Source of the DNA: Octopus sinensis | Taxonomy: Eukaryota | Direction: 5' to 3' | Assembly (NCBI RefSeq): GCF_006345805.1 | Contig: NC_043013.1 | Coordinates: 57,350,001 to 57,414,000, forward strand | Length of the DNA stretch: 64,000 nt | Shown: in pieces, positions 51,773 to 64,000 of the stretch | How positions within the stretch are numbered: position 1 is the stretch's first letter | Layout: each line of letters begins with the position of its first letter | Translations under genes and position numbers: made by a program | The notes under the pieces: model-generated | The model's input: the letters and a program-made list of their open reading frames with translations, nothing else | What the model was told of the DNA's origin: nothing | The model's database searches: none

Positions 51773-54700
51773 TTGCATCTTCCTAAATGTTAATACTAAA
51801 ACACATCACTGATACTTCGTTTGTTTCCCGATAGCGACATTAGCGTAGAAAAGAAGATTAGATCTTAAAGACGTCACCTATCGCAGGAAATAAGATTACA
51901 ACCGCTTAGTTACAAAATGGATAAAATTCTAGCTGTTATGCAACCAGATGTGACAACTGATTGTGGAAAAGATGGAGCTGAATGCTAAAGGTATGACATA
52001 ATCTTGGTAACTGCATGGAAATACAAGACGGATAAAAGATTTGATCGTTTACTCGCAGATTCGGTAAGACTTGCATCCCTGGTCATTGCAGGTCCTCCAG
52101 GACTGGTGGTGTCGATTGTGGTGCTGCTTGTAATGGTAGGTTAGTGGTGGTGGTGGTGTATAGGAGAATTTCCCACAGAAGAAAGTTCAACTCAGAAGAC
52201 ATTATACGACGATACAAAGATATTCTCAGATCAGAAGCCTGGCCTCCATCATTGCAACGGGTCATGTTTTATTAATTTCTTTTTTAAACTATACTAGGTC
52301 GTAACGACACCACAATCTGTCCACGTCTACCTTTTTCGGTTCCTCTCCGTTTCCATACGATAAGGAATACTGTTAATGATACACTTTATTTCGTTGTACC
52401 AGTATAACCAATTCTGAGAGAGAGAGAGAGAGAAGACCGTATGCAGGATTTGACTGAGTTTCAGTATATCTACCTGAGAATACAAGAAAAGGTAAAGATA
52501 TCATCAGTGGGATTTGAACTCACAATATGAAGAGCCAAAGCCATTGTTACAAGGCCTTTCACTGACGTTCAATGATTGTGCCAGGGCTCTTATGGCGCTA
52601 GTGGCAGTGTTAAAGTAGCTGGGGAATTAGGTTTACTAAAAGAAAAACTTGCAAGTACAGTTCAACAGGCTTCTGTAGAGGTTTTATCTACTTAATTATC
52701 CCAAAATAGAATTAGTCAACTCGAGACGAGGGCAGAATTCACTTACAAAAAGTGTGAGAGAATAGGATTAACACCAGAATCAGATGAATCGTAAATGAAT
52801 TTTTTAACCACATGGGCACACCCTCAACACAAGAAATAATTTCTCATAAAAGTTAATCTTCTTTTAAAAATCTTATAGCATTTTAATTGAACGCGTAAGA
52901 AGCTAGAGATATGGAATTCTTATACACAAAATCTAAAGATTGTTGACGTGATGTAACTTATGTAGCACCAATAATATGGAATAATAAACAACACAAGCAT
53001 GAAAAAAAACATGATCGCTTACAGAGATTAGTTGAAAAGAAAAGCACAAGTGAATATCTTTTCCGAAAGAAAAGAACAATACTAAAGCCAATGAACGAAT
53101 AATGAAGAATTTACAAAGATTCAATATTTGAACTATAATTTTTTTAAGTACTACAATGGATAATTATTGACACACTTGGTTCAATGAATAAATGTTTCTT
53201 AGTTTCTCTGAGAATAAGAATAAGAGGAAAATAGCAAACATTAATGAGCGCATGCTGAGGCATATACAGACTGTCTAACGTCATCAATAGTTATAGAAGC
53301 TGCTACAATTAGAGTCCAAATATTGAATTTGAAAATTCTTCATTAATTGTCCGTTGACATTCTATTATTTCTTCATTTATTTCACAAGTGGTAGTCACAT
53401 GTGCCTTTCAACTAACCTAGGGCAGGAGAGAACATTCATGTATGTGATATGTATGTATTTATAAAGATATGTATAAACATGTGTTTCTCTGACTGGAACA
53501 ATAAAATACTGTCGGTGATGTATGTGACAGAAGTTAAGTTTTTGCTGACTGAAATTCTAATAAATTCTGTTTTTTTTTTTTTGTTAAAGGAACGTAACAC
53601 TCGTTGTTTATTGGAGAAATTTCAAGAAGAAGAAGAATCAAAAGGATCATAAAATACTGCCTTACGAAATCTGTAGAGGTTTTTGAGTTCTTTTCTAATC
53701 ATTTTCTTGGTTCTTCTGACGTTCAATAATTGTGACAAACTTGGTTTATAGAATAAAGCTTTCTTAAGGCGGGGAATAAACGTAGTGGTTACAGCATGCG
53801 GCAGATTGATTTCTGCTATTTCTTCCGACTGTCTACACTTCAGGTTCAAATACAGCTGAGGTCCGCTTCACCTTTCTTTTTTTCTACTCGAGGAATAAAT
53901 TCTTGGAGAAATTTGAACATAAAGAGGCCCTCATAATCATAATAGAATGAATTTACTTTTATTTGAGAAAACTAAGAGAAATTATTTATGAGATAATCTC
54001 ACATCAAGAAATTTTAGGTAAAGACGCAGCAAAATTAACTGAGCCTAGTATATTACTGGTACATTACTTTACAAACACCTGGAAGGATGCAACACAAGGT
54101 TGAGCTTGGTGCGATTTCAACTCAGCGTATTGTTACATCAATATAATAAAGGTAAGGCGTTCCCTCTGATACTCAATCAGGAATGGTAATTTACTGCCAA
54201 GTTGTCTGATGTTTCATCGATTAAGATGTAAACAAATAATTAAGACATATTACAAAAACAAAATAAAATATTTAATGAATTTAAATCGTAGAGATTAATC
54301 AGTCATGACCCCCATCATCATAATTGCAGCTGCTTTTGACGCTTGCATGGTTTGGGGAGGTCATAAGACCATGGTTCATTTTTAAGCTTGATTTTTTGGC
54401 AGGTAACAAGTGATTGGACGTCCTTTCTATCACCAACTACTCTACAGAGGCTACCTCGAACATTTTATCGTAACACCAGCTCTAAAGAATTTGTCACTTT
54501 CTATTAATCCTATTACGTCTTCACCAACCACTTGACCGACAATACAGGATGGATTTTTTCCATAGTACCAACACTAGAGAGATGTTCGTGTCCACTGAAA
54601 GACTAATAAGTTCTCCATTTCTACATAGCAAATGTAACTGAGAGGGTAAATCGAAGTTGATGACGACGAAGGAAATGACGGGGTACGTTTTAAAAATTCA

Positions 54701-55276
54701 ATGTTTTTTTAGTGTAAAACTGTAGGTAGAACTCGTGGCTCATTTTGCCATGGCAGACACAATTAACACTGCTGTCAAAATATTAATTTCGATGGCAACA
54801 TTATCATGCAACAGCCATCTTTATAACTTTTTACTGTTTCTTTTGCCAGTCTTTTGTTTATATCAGTGCATGCAAACATTTGATTGAAGCTTGCTCTGCT
54901 TTGTTTTTGCGATAACTGGAATTCATGATCTTTTAATGCAATGATTTTTTTCCTAAAACAATGAATGTTTGTTGGCTTTAATGTGTTGTTTTTTTTCAAA
55001 CTTTTTCTTTCATTTGACCTTTCAAAATAGCAGATTATTGTTTTGATTTGGCTCTAACAAAATTGATTTGCTTCTGAAAAAATTTCACTTTCCATAAATT
55101 TTCTCAATTTGATTTCTACTTTCTGTGATTTTTTTTTTCACTTTTCGTTTCTTTTTTTTTTTAAGTATTTTATTTGGTTTTAGTTTTATGATTTCTGAAG
55201 AAATTCTTAGTCGAAATACTAAGATTTATTTACTATCACTTTACTGATATGACGCTAAAGATTATGCATACACACG

Positions 55277-55311
<35 letters not shown>

Positions 55312-56985
55312 TCACACACATACATATATATATGCATAGATATGTGTATAGGTGCGTATATGTCATTCATTATTTGCCATTATATAGTCACCCTGTTCTT
55401 TAATTATCAAATTCCAGTTAAATGCCAGACACACATCATGTATATTTCCAATTATTACTCGGCCACAAGACAAAGTTTTATAGTAACATACTTAACTGTT
55501 CTGAATATTTGATAACCAATTTCATTTTGTTCATAATGAAAGCTTCCAGCGTTGACTTTATTGCTCAATAAAGTAATTAAGTAATTAACGAAAAACAACT
55601 GCAGCACGTCTGCTGCAAGAAATTTATAGATTATTTGAAAATATTTCATTGACTTCTCTCCTTTCAATTGAAGATGACATCAGTTAAAAAGTTCAAGAAG
55701 AAAATTATTTAAAATGAAATTATTGTCATTTTGAATCATTTGAATCTAGTAATGAAAACAGCGGATCTATATTTTTAGATTTGGGAGACTAAAGATCAAG
55801 ATTTGGATTTTTATCACATGGGCAGCGGAAAAAGGTGGCAGCCATTATGTTTTTGAGGGTCTCTGAAACTTGTGGCAGTAAGGCAGGACGTTATGCACAG
55901 AACAGAGTCTTTGCTTGAATGCTTGCGACCAAGTGACGATATCTACTAAAACTACCCAAATACCAAGTACTCGTACTGAACAGAGAAAAGCTTAAATATA
56001 TCTTCCATTGACAGAAGTAGCCCTGTGATAAGCTTCTACCGAGTCTCTGTTTATCATTTTAACTCATATAATTCTGGTCTATCTAAGATTGTAGGAGAAG
56101 ACAAGCAATAATGTAGTGGAATTGAAACCAAAGTCAAAAGTTATGAATCAAGTTTTTAACCAATCACCCATGACTAGTTTTAAATTTGACATTTAACACC
56201 AAAGGCCTACCCTATCCTGTTCTATGTTGCACAGTTACTCAGTTAATATAACTGCAAAAGACTAGATCAATAAAATGGGGGGGGGGGGCAAAAAACAAAA
56301 AGCGTAACTGTGAAAGTTAAAAGTTATATCTCCTTCATAAGGATTTTGATCATTCGTTTTCTTTGCATAAACTTTAGTCATTTTGCGGGGAGGGAATTCT
56401 CTCCACTACCATTCCTGATTACCATTATTATCATTTTGTTTTTGGATGACAGAGTCACAGAAATGATCGATTCAGAGGACTGTTTTGTAATTTTTAATTT
56501 TGTTTCTTTACATTCTGAGTTCGAAGATTAGCAGGATTCACGTCTTTCGCTCTGTTGAGGTCTATGAAATACATACCAGTTATATAATGGGGTTGTTTTA
56601 ACTGAATATCCTCCACAATGTGTGTGGCTTCTATGTATGTTATGAATTACTTCTTTCAGCTGGTGGGGACATTGGTAAAATGGTAGAGCATTGGCAAAAT
56701 GTCTCCGAAAAATTTAATTTAATCCGTTACATTCAGAGTTGAAATCAGAGGAGGTTTAAATTTGTTTCATCTTTCTTGAGTTCATAATTTAAGATACCAG
56801 TTATGTAATGGAGTTGAATAAATCACCGTATCATCGTCTCTACTAGAATATCTGGTGCTGTACCAATGTAAGAGATAACCGTTGCTGTTGCTGAAGTTGT
56901 CACCGTCATCGTTGTCCTCATCTATTTCTTGTTTTGAAGAAAAAAAAGAAAGAAAAGAAAGATCTGTTATTGGACTCCAACTATT

Positions 56986-57024
<39 letters not shown>

Positions 57025-57216
57025 GGGGAGAGAGTGGTGGTGATACTTAGTCGCTAGAATATTTGGAATTAGAGCAAAAGTTTTATGGATACATACCATT
57101 ATTCACTACAAAGAGATGATAATATAAAAAAAGAGTCCATTATCCATTATGATGTGCAATAACGTAGTAGAGTGGATGTAAATTGGATATACTGTCACTT
57201 TAGTATATGAGACAAT

Positions 57217-57262
<46 letters not shown>

Positions 57263-59944
57263 GTGTCATTATATAAAGATGATCAATTATGCCAATATCT
57301 TTACCCATATGGAAATAAATCTACATATGGGATTTCTAAGGAGACGCAACGTAAAACTTGTTTCCATTTAGTTGTGAAAAATGAAGTTATATTTCTATAA
57401 TACTTCAATTTTCTTTCAGGTATAGAAATAATTTCCATAGAAATCTAATCGTCACTTTTAGAAACAAGATAAATGATTTCAATTTAAGTAAAGGAATCTC
57501 TTCGGCAAATTCACCATGGTAAACTGGAACTGATTGAAGGTCAAAATTGGCCTCAACCAAATAATTCTCAATGTAAATCTCCGTCGTCAATCTACTTCAC
57601 ATAACAACATCAACTTTAACTTGGAATATATTTTCTGGTCAGCGACTTATTTAGTGAAAAAGGTTAGTTTCTCTTACTTGGAAAGAATTGTGAATGCAAG
57701 ACAATGGAGATTAAATCATATTGATGAAGGAGATGGCACATTTCAGAAACAGAGAAGTAAGGAAAACTATGTACACTACTATAATATTGTAAACCTGTTC
57801 AGTCGAGTCGACTTTTTTGTATATATTCTTGTATATATTTTGTATATATTATGTTTTGTCTGAATTCAACTTTGCCGCATTCTTGCCATGTCGATAAAAT
57901 AATCCACCAGCCAAGAACTGGAGTCAATTTCATCAGTTGTTGATCTGTCTTACCAGGGAATGAAATAGCATGTGACCGTAAAGCATGAATTCCCACCTAA
58001 CTGTGGATCTCCATTTACAGGTTAAGTGCTAATCTGGTTAGAATATACAACTATCACGTTGATATTGTATATCTAATCATTCAACACACACACACATCAC
58101 TCACTTACACAATCTGTCTCGAAAAATAAAGTGGATCTCATTAAGAAAAGCTTTTGCAAAAGTACGGAAAATGAAGTGTCTAGGATCACATTGACAACTT
58201 CATGCTTTCCCTTGAACAATTGTATCATTGGTTTGATGGAAATATGCTTGTTAATTTTTGCAGGTTCAAGAAGCAAAGACAGGCTCCCCCATTGGCGTTG
58301 TGGCCATAAAATGAGACATTAACATTGAATGTTTTTGCGATAGTAATAAATACGCTTCTTACTGATTCTTTGTAGCATGATAAAAAGCACCCGATACATT
58401 TTATAGACCGTTGACATATGAAGGAGAAAAGGCAGGTAAGACAGAATTCTTTAGCCTCGTCGATGACTTGGTAAGCTCTATTATTTGTGCAATGATAAAA
58501 TAGTCAGTCAGTTTGCGTTAGAAAGGGAATTCCTGTGTAGAAGCCATGCTGAAAATAAAGGGAATGTGAGAGATATGGCACCCACCAATCTGTCAAGGCA
58601 CGAAGTAACTCTATTATATGAATTTAATTGGTAACATCATGTTCAACCCATACCAGCCTGGAAAGCTGACATCAAAAATGACAACGACTACGATGCTGAC
58701 GGTGACGATGATTATGATGAGGAATTGCATACAGAAATTTTGCATAGGCCACAACACACACACCAAGCTCCCACGGCCATATTGCTTGGCAAAAATACGA
58801 TTAAAAATTTAGTCCATCAAAGGAGCAAATGTGTTTCTCAAACCTCGCTCCTTGTCTCGCAGACTAATGTAATTAACATAATTTATATCTGTTTCTTTGC
58901 TACCCACAAGGGGCTAAAACTAACATAATTTATGTCTAAACTTGTCTATCTACTTTTTTAGAAATTGTAGAGTGCCAACCAGTGTGAACGTTGTTGGACA
59001 GCATGCATAAAAGAGAATCATAACACAATGCATGTGTATTTGTCTTTGTGTAGTTGAGTGTGTGCGTATGTTTGGTTATGTGTGCGCGTGGTTGTGTGTA
59101 TCTGTGTGAGTGTGTGTGTGTGTGAAAGAGAGCGAGAGAAATGAATATTTGGCGGGAAGAAGAAAATAAACCAAGAAGAATTAATCTCTTGTTTTGATTG
59201 CAAACGTTACGTACAGAAGAAGAGAACTTGTTGTTGAAGTCGTCAAACCTGAAGTCATCCAAGAACAGCGAGCAAACTTTTGATTAAAAGAAAAAGCATT
59301 CTAGCCATGACCACACCGAATTTTATAGTTGTATGATTTATCTAACACGATAGGGCATGATTGACAAAGCATTTCGTTGGTATTTCTATCAATGAGACAA
59401 ACTCTGGTTGGTTTGGATTGTTGAAGCAAAAGGATAGACCGAAAACCAATAACAGGTCTTTAAGCTAATGGTTGCTATGTGTTGGTAACCGAGTCTTAAT
59501 GATTCGAGTGAACTTCTTTTGGATGCAGCATAGAATAGTTTGTTTTTTCGTGTGTGTGATAGCAGCAGCAATGGTCCAACTATTTAAACATTTCTCCGCT
59601 CAGCTCAACTATAAATGCTGCCACTGTCCATAGAAACTATGTTATGTCTCTCATGATACTTACAGGTCATATTATTTCCACTTATTTTAACATTAAAACC
59701 TCATAAAGGAAATATTTGTAGCGGACGTACAGCAGTAGGATATTAAATACGTATTATTTACGTGCTTTTAGATAATCTTTGCTATTGCAGATCGAGAAAC
59801 AGAATCGTTAGAACGCCACTGAAGTATTTATATTCTGGTTCAAATTCTTGCGGTGAGAGCAATGTTTCTGGGGTTAATTAATACCAGCCAAGTGTTATGG
59901 TTTCTCCTCCTTTATTATTTCATTTAGATGAATGCGTAGCCTCA

Positions 59945-60470
59945 CTCGCGGGGAGTGAGGCTAAGTCGATTACGTCAATTCTCAGTGTTTGACTGATACT
60001 TATTTTATCGACTCCGGAGTTTGGACTCAGAATGTAAAGACGGACGCAATGCAACTTAGCATTTCGTCCGGCGTGCTAACGATTCTGCAGGATCGTCGGT
60101 TTAAATGCAGAAGTAAATATGGATTTCAAATTTCGGTACAAGGGCAGCAATTTGGGGGAAGTAAGTCAATTGCATTGCCCTCAGTACTCAACTGTTACTT
60201 ATTTTATCGTTCCCCAAAAGGATGAAAAGCAAAGCCAACCTAGACTGAATTTGAACTCAGACAGACGAAATACCCATTTCTTTACTACCCACAAGGGGCT
60301 AAACATAGAGGGGACAAACAAGGACAGATAAACGGACTAAGTCGATTATATCGACCCCAGTGCGTAACTGGTACTTATTTAATCGAGGTTGACTTTGCTT
60401 TTCATCCTTTCGGGACGAAATACCGCTAGGCATTTCACCCGGCGTGCTAACGTTTGTGTCAGCTCGCCGC
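59945..60470 (-). mobile_element. Cluster of three SINE family B copies; the last has an internal inversion
   Basis: Copies at ~59945-60100, ~60120-60274 and 60275-60470. Segment 60385-60414 is reversed relative to the other copies. Confidence 0.8.
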
Positions 60471-61251
60471 CTTCGAGAAGCATATTGCCTTCGTAGTAAA
60501 TATTTCATCGCTCCCCAATACACTTCATTGTTCCATCATAGAAAATAAGTTGTTCCACTTTTCAAACATTTTGTCTTTACTATTTATTGATGCAAAAACT
60601 AGTTTCCTTCAGATTCAACTTTTTTCAATAAAATAAAATAAAGAGGCCTATTTATAAACCGCCACTATTTGTTTAATAATTAATGTAATGATTTATCAGT
60701 TAATCTGTGGATAATCATGCAGCAGTAATCTAGCAAAGTTTATTTCATGGAACGAGACAAAAATCTGGCATTTATCTCGAGCTTAATCATATTTCATAAA
60801 AGATTTTTGAAATAATTAGATTTCACGAAGATATGCACCATTTGTTTTTAGCATTAAGTTTTAATTATGATAATAAATAATTAATTTGATATGCGACGCA
60901 AGATTAAAATTTACTCTTTCCATTGCATATATAGTTTTACGTTGTAAGTCCACCGTATAAAGGAGGCGAAGTACTGTTTGTGGTTGTGTTATGAAAACTT
61001 TAACATTGTTTCTAATGTTCTCTTTGGGGTGGATGAGATTTAGTGACTGCCTCCGTTGTATTTAACGACAGACATCTACAATAAAACACTGAGTTCTCTC
61101 TAAAGATGTGTATATGTAGAAAGGCACCCGAAAATTATAAGGTCACACACTTTTATACACGCTATGTGTGTTGTGGATTTTCTTTGATACTTTAGTTTGA
61201 ACGCACACACATTCACACACATAGACAAGCATAAATACTCCCACACAATTC

Positions 61252-61482
61252 TATTTGTTTACTACCCACGAGGGGCTAAGCACAGAGGGGACAAACAAGG
61301 ACAGACAAACGGATTAAGTCGATTATATCGACTCCAGTGCAGAACTGGTACTTATTTAATCGACCCCGAAAAGATGAAAGGTGAAGTCGACCTCGACGGA
61401 ATTTGAACTCAGAACGTAACGGCAGACGAAATACGGCTACGCATTTCACCCGGCGTGCTAACGTACCAGCCAGCTCGCCGCC
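61252..61482 (-). mobile_element. SINE family B, full length, with 16-bp target-site duplication
   Basis: tactcccacacaattc at 61236-61251 and 61487-61502. Confidence 0.92.
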
Positions 61483-61680
61483 TTTGTACTCCCACACAAT
61501 TCGACACACATACACACACTCCTCTTTTGCAAATGCTATAACAATTTGCAAATGTAGATTTATGTTTATCTTACAGATATATTGCAAGAATTATTGCCTG
61601 ATATATAAAAACATTTGAATTAGGATTTTCTAAAACCGAAACAATTCGAGTCGTGGGAAATAATTGAAGTCGATGGTTTG

Positions 61681-61852
61681 ACTGTTACTTTGTATTCCAG
61701 TATTTCGGGGTTAGGATGCCTTCTTCAGGAAATCTTGGGAGCAATGGTGTTCAGAGTTAACTTTTCTGTCGTACCACAACAATATTTCTCCTAAGATTTC
61801 CCGAAAAGTAAGCTCCTGACCCCGAAATATTGAAATACACGGTATATAAGTC
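61681..61852. repeat. Old inverted repeat (~70-bp arms); each arm holds a degenerate hammerhead-like motif
   Basis: Minus 61693-61733: AUUUC CUGAAGA AGG..CCCC GAAAU ACU GGAAU. Plus 61796-61836: AUUUC CCGAAAA..CCCC GAAAU AUU GAAAU. Confidence 0.65.
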
Positions 61853-62235
61853 ACCAATTTCTCTTATTTTTTATGACTTGCATTATTTTAATTTATAATT
61901 ACGCACGCACACATACACAAACATATTTACATTGTGAAATAATTTATTACCTTATTTGGAACGTTAGTTCTCGAGGCACATCACATAAAGCTATAAATAT
62001 TGCCAAGTAAATGCTAGGTAAATGTTTGAATTGGTTCACTTTGAAAATGTCGGAAGTGAAGGACCCTTGATGAAATTGCAGCGACTTGGATGCATAATTG
62101 CATACGAAGCAATGTGTAGTTGCTGCAACTGAAACATATGACGGTCATTGTTATATATTCTGTAGCATATTATCTTTAATAAAAAATTTTGGATGTGAGT
62201 AAATCTCCACTCTCATCTTCATTTTCAATTATATA

Positions 62236-62283
<48 letters not shown>

Positions 62284-62289
62284 TTATAT

Positions 62290-62560
62290 ATATTGTTGTA
62301 TTTCAGAATGGTCATTTTGCCAGTTTAGCCAATAAAAAAACACGCACTATATATTTGGTGTTATTTTGCTTCAGTGTTATTTATTTTTTATATTAATCTT
62401 AATCTTATTTCGACCAGAGTTCTTTCGTCTCACTCCTGTGACCGTATCAGTGGTCCTTTGTTTTCTTCTTTCTTATTTGTGTTTCTCCTTACTAACCGTC
62501 AGCCATTTTGTTTTTATTGGCTAAACTGGCAAAATGACCATTCCGAAATATAACAATATC
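62290..62560 (-). mobile_element. Short element with a 49-bp inverted copy of its 3' end and an internal hammerhead-like fold
   Basis: Arms 62290-62339 / 62511-62560. Motif at 62412-62455: GACCA CUGAUACG GUC..GAC GAAA G AA C UC UGGUC. Flanked by TA-rich microsatellite. Confidence 0.65.
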
Positions 62561-62687
62561 TGTTTCAACACACGACTTCACATAAAAAATCTTGCACAAC
62601 AAATATATAAACGTATATATATATATATATATATATATACACGTGTGTGTGTGTGTATGTATATATATATATATATATATACATAGG

Positions 62688-62718
<31 letters not shown>

Positions 62719-62719
62719 A

Positions 62720-62767
<48 letters not shown>

Positions 62768-62884
62768 TATATATATATATATAAAGTTAATCCAAACAAG
62801 AAAGCACAAAGAAACACAACAACGCGAGGACGTGGAACAAATATAGTATTATTGGACGCTCAGTAAAGAAGGAAAGAAGGAGGG

Positions 62885-62917
62885 TTCAACGTTTCGAGCG
62901 GAGCTCTTCGTCGGAAA
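62885..62917 (-). ncRNA. Minimal hammerhead-like motif (U4C variant), related to the 7441 motif
   Basis: UUU CCGACGA A GAGC UCC GCUC GAAAC GUU GAA. Confidence 0.5.
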
Positions 62918-63236
62918 GATCCAGAGAAGGGAAGACAGAGAAAAAAAAATCGCCAATGTACACACGAGGTCACACACACATACATGTATGCATTTATAAA
63001 GTATATATATGCAAATGTATGAAAATTTATGTGTTTATGCATGCACACACACGAAGTCTACACATCTATTGGTGTGTATGTGTGTGTGTATTTAGTAGCT
63101 AAATTATCTTCCAGTTATATCACGACCATACAGTTCACTTTCCTGAAACGCCGGGAAATGAATCACGGTCATTACTTCATGGAAAACATCAATAAATTGC
63201 TAATGACGATGAAAACGCTTTCATTCTTTCTTTCCC

Positions 63237-63280
63237 GTTAAACTAACATCAGTTAAACTAACATCAGTTAAACTAACATC
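63237..63280 (+). repeat. 15-bp tandem repeat x3 (gttaaactaacatca)
   Basis: Directly visible. Confidence 0.95.
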
Positions 63281-64000
63281 CGTGTTTTTACTACGTGCAA
63301 AACATCGCTGTCTGTATGACTTTGTGCGCATGTTTGCGTTCGGCTTTATATGTGATGCTTTTACATCGAAGAATAAATATATTTGATAAGCTTAATGCAA
63401 ATGACAATGCACTTCATTTCCTTCGTATTTGTTCTTCCTCAAGTGAACACAGATAAAAGATCTTTTGAAAAGTTTTTTTCTAACAAAATAAATTTCTATC
63501 TCTGAGAACTTAATACTTTTAGATAGTGTGGAACAATTTTGCTTATTGAAACAATAATATATTCCAACTTGGCGATTCTACCTCTCGTTTCTCAATACAC
63601 AAAGTAGAATGTGCATGAGGTTATTGCATCCGTGGTTTTCAGGCTCACTCGACTGGGTATCGGAAACTTACCTCGCCGTCTAATGCATGACCTCAAACTT
63701 TAGGTCAAATAAAGCTTACACAGCATCTCAAACACCTTCTGTACCCTACTAACATGGTCAAGAGAGAAGCCAGGTTTAGATATCCAGTACCAATATGAAC
63801 CACAGGCCCGGGAATGTATGTAGGAGCTCCATGATCTCAAGCGCAAACAAAAGACCCCAAAAATGTTCAGTGTCATTTCTTGCATATCTGGTTTTATAAC
63901 AGAGCGACCTTCTACAAATATACTTTAACAAAAACTGGGGCTACCTCACTCCCAGTGGTCTTCCAACACGCTGGACGCCAACCCCATGTGCTTGTACATG

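Noticed and set aside
52043-52272. Cys-rich plus-strand open frame (FGKTCIPGHCRSSRTGGVDCGAACNG)
   Set aside because: No start codon, weak splice support and no recognised domain spacing.
54775-54999. Tc1-like HTH start (KIIALK..SQKQ)
   Set aside because: Similarity too weak, and no TIRs or DDE remnants found.

Overview
AT-rich, repeat-dominated eukaryotic DNA. The SINE families and the extreme (TA)n/(CA)n/(GATA)n density look like octopus (inference). No host gene could be identified. Almost all ORF-track hits are microsatellite or SINE read-through, and only a few weak minus-strand micro-exon candidates exist. Recognisable content: several tRNA-derived SINE families (some with target-site duplications), a 1.2-kb decayed mariner transposon, a 5'-truncated RTE LINE, piggyBac-like and RTE-like relics, two different Penelope-like (PLE) GIY-YIG endonuclease fragments, and a 103-bp minisatellite. 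The standout observation is about 15 minimal type I hammerhead-ribozyme-like motifs from several unrelated short-element families. Most have a short self-complementary stem III, and one uses the U3:A8 compensatory core. Many sit in head-to-head fold-back (inverted) duplications of different ages, usually next to (TA)n tracts. One element also has a 21-bp direct terminal repeat, as expected from a circular or tandem RNA template. Together these suggest a PLE-driven, retrozyme-like system that generates fold-backs. The most perfect palindromes could be long-read artefacts, but the diverged ones cannot be. All folds and translations were done by eye.
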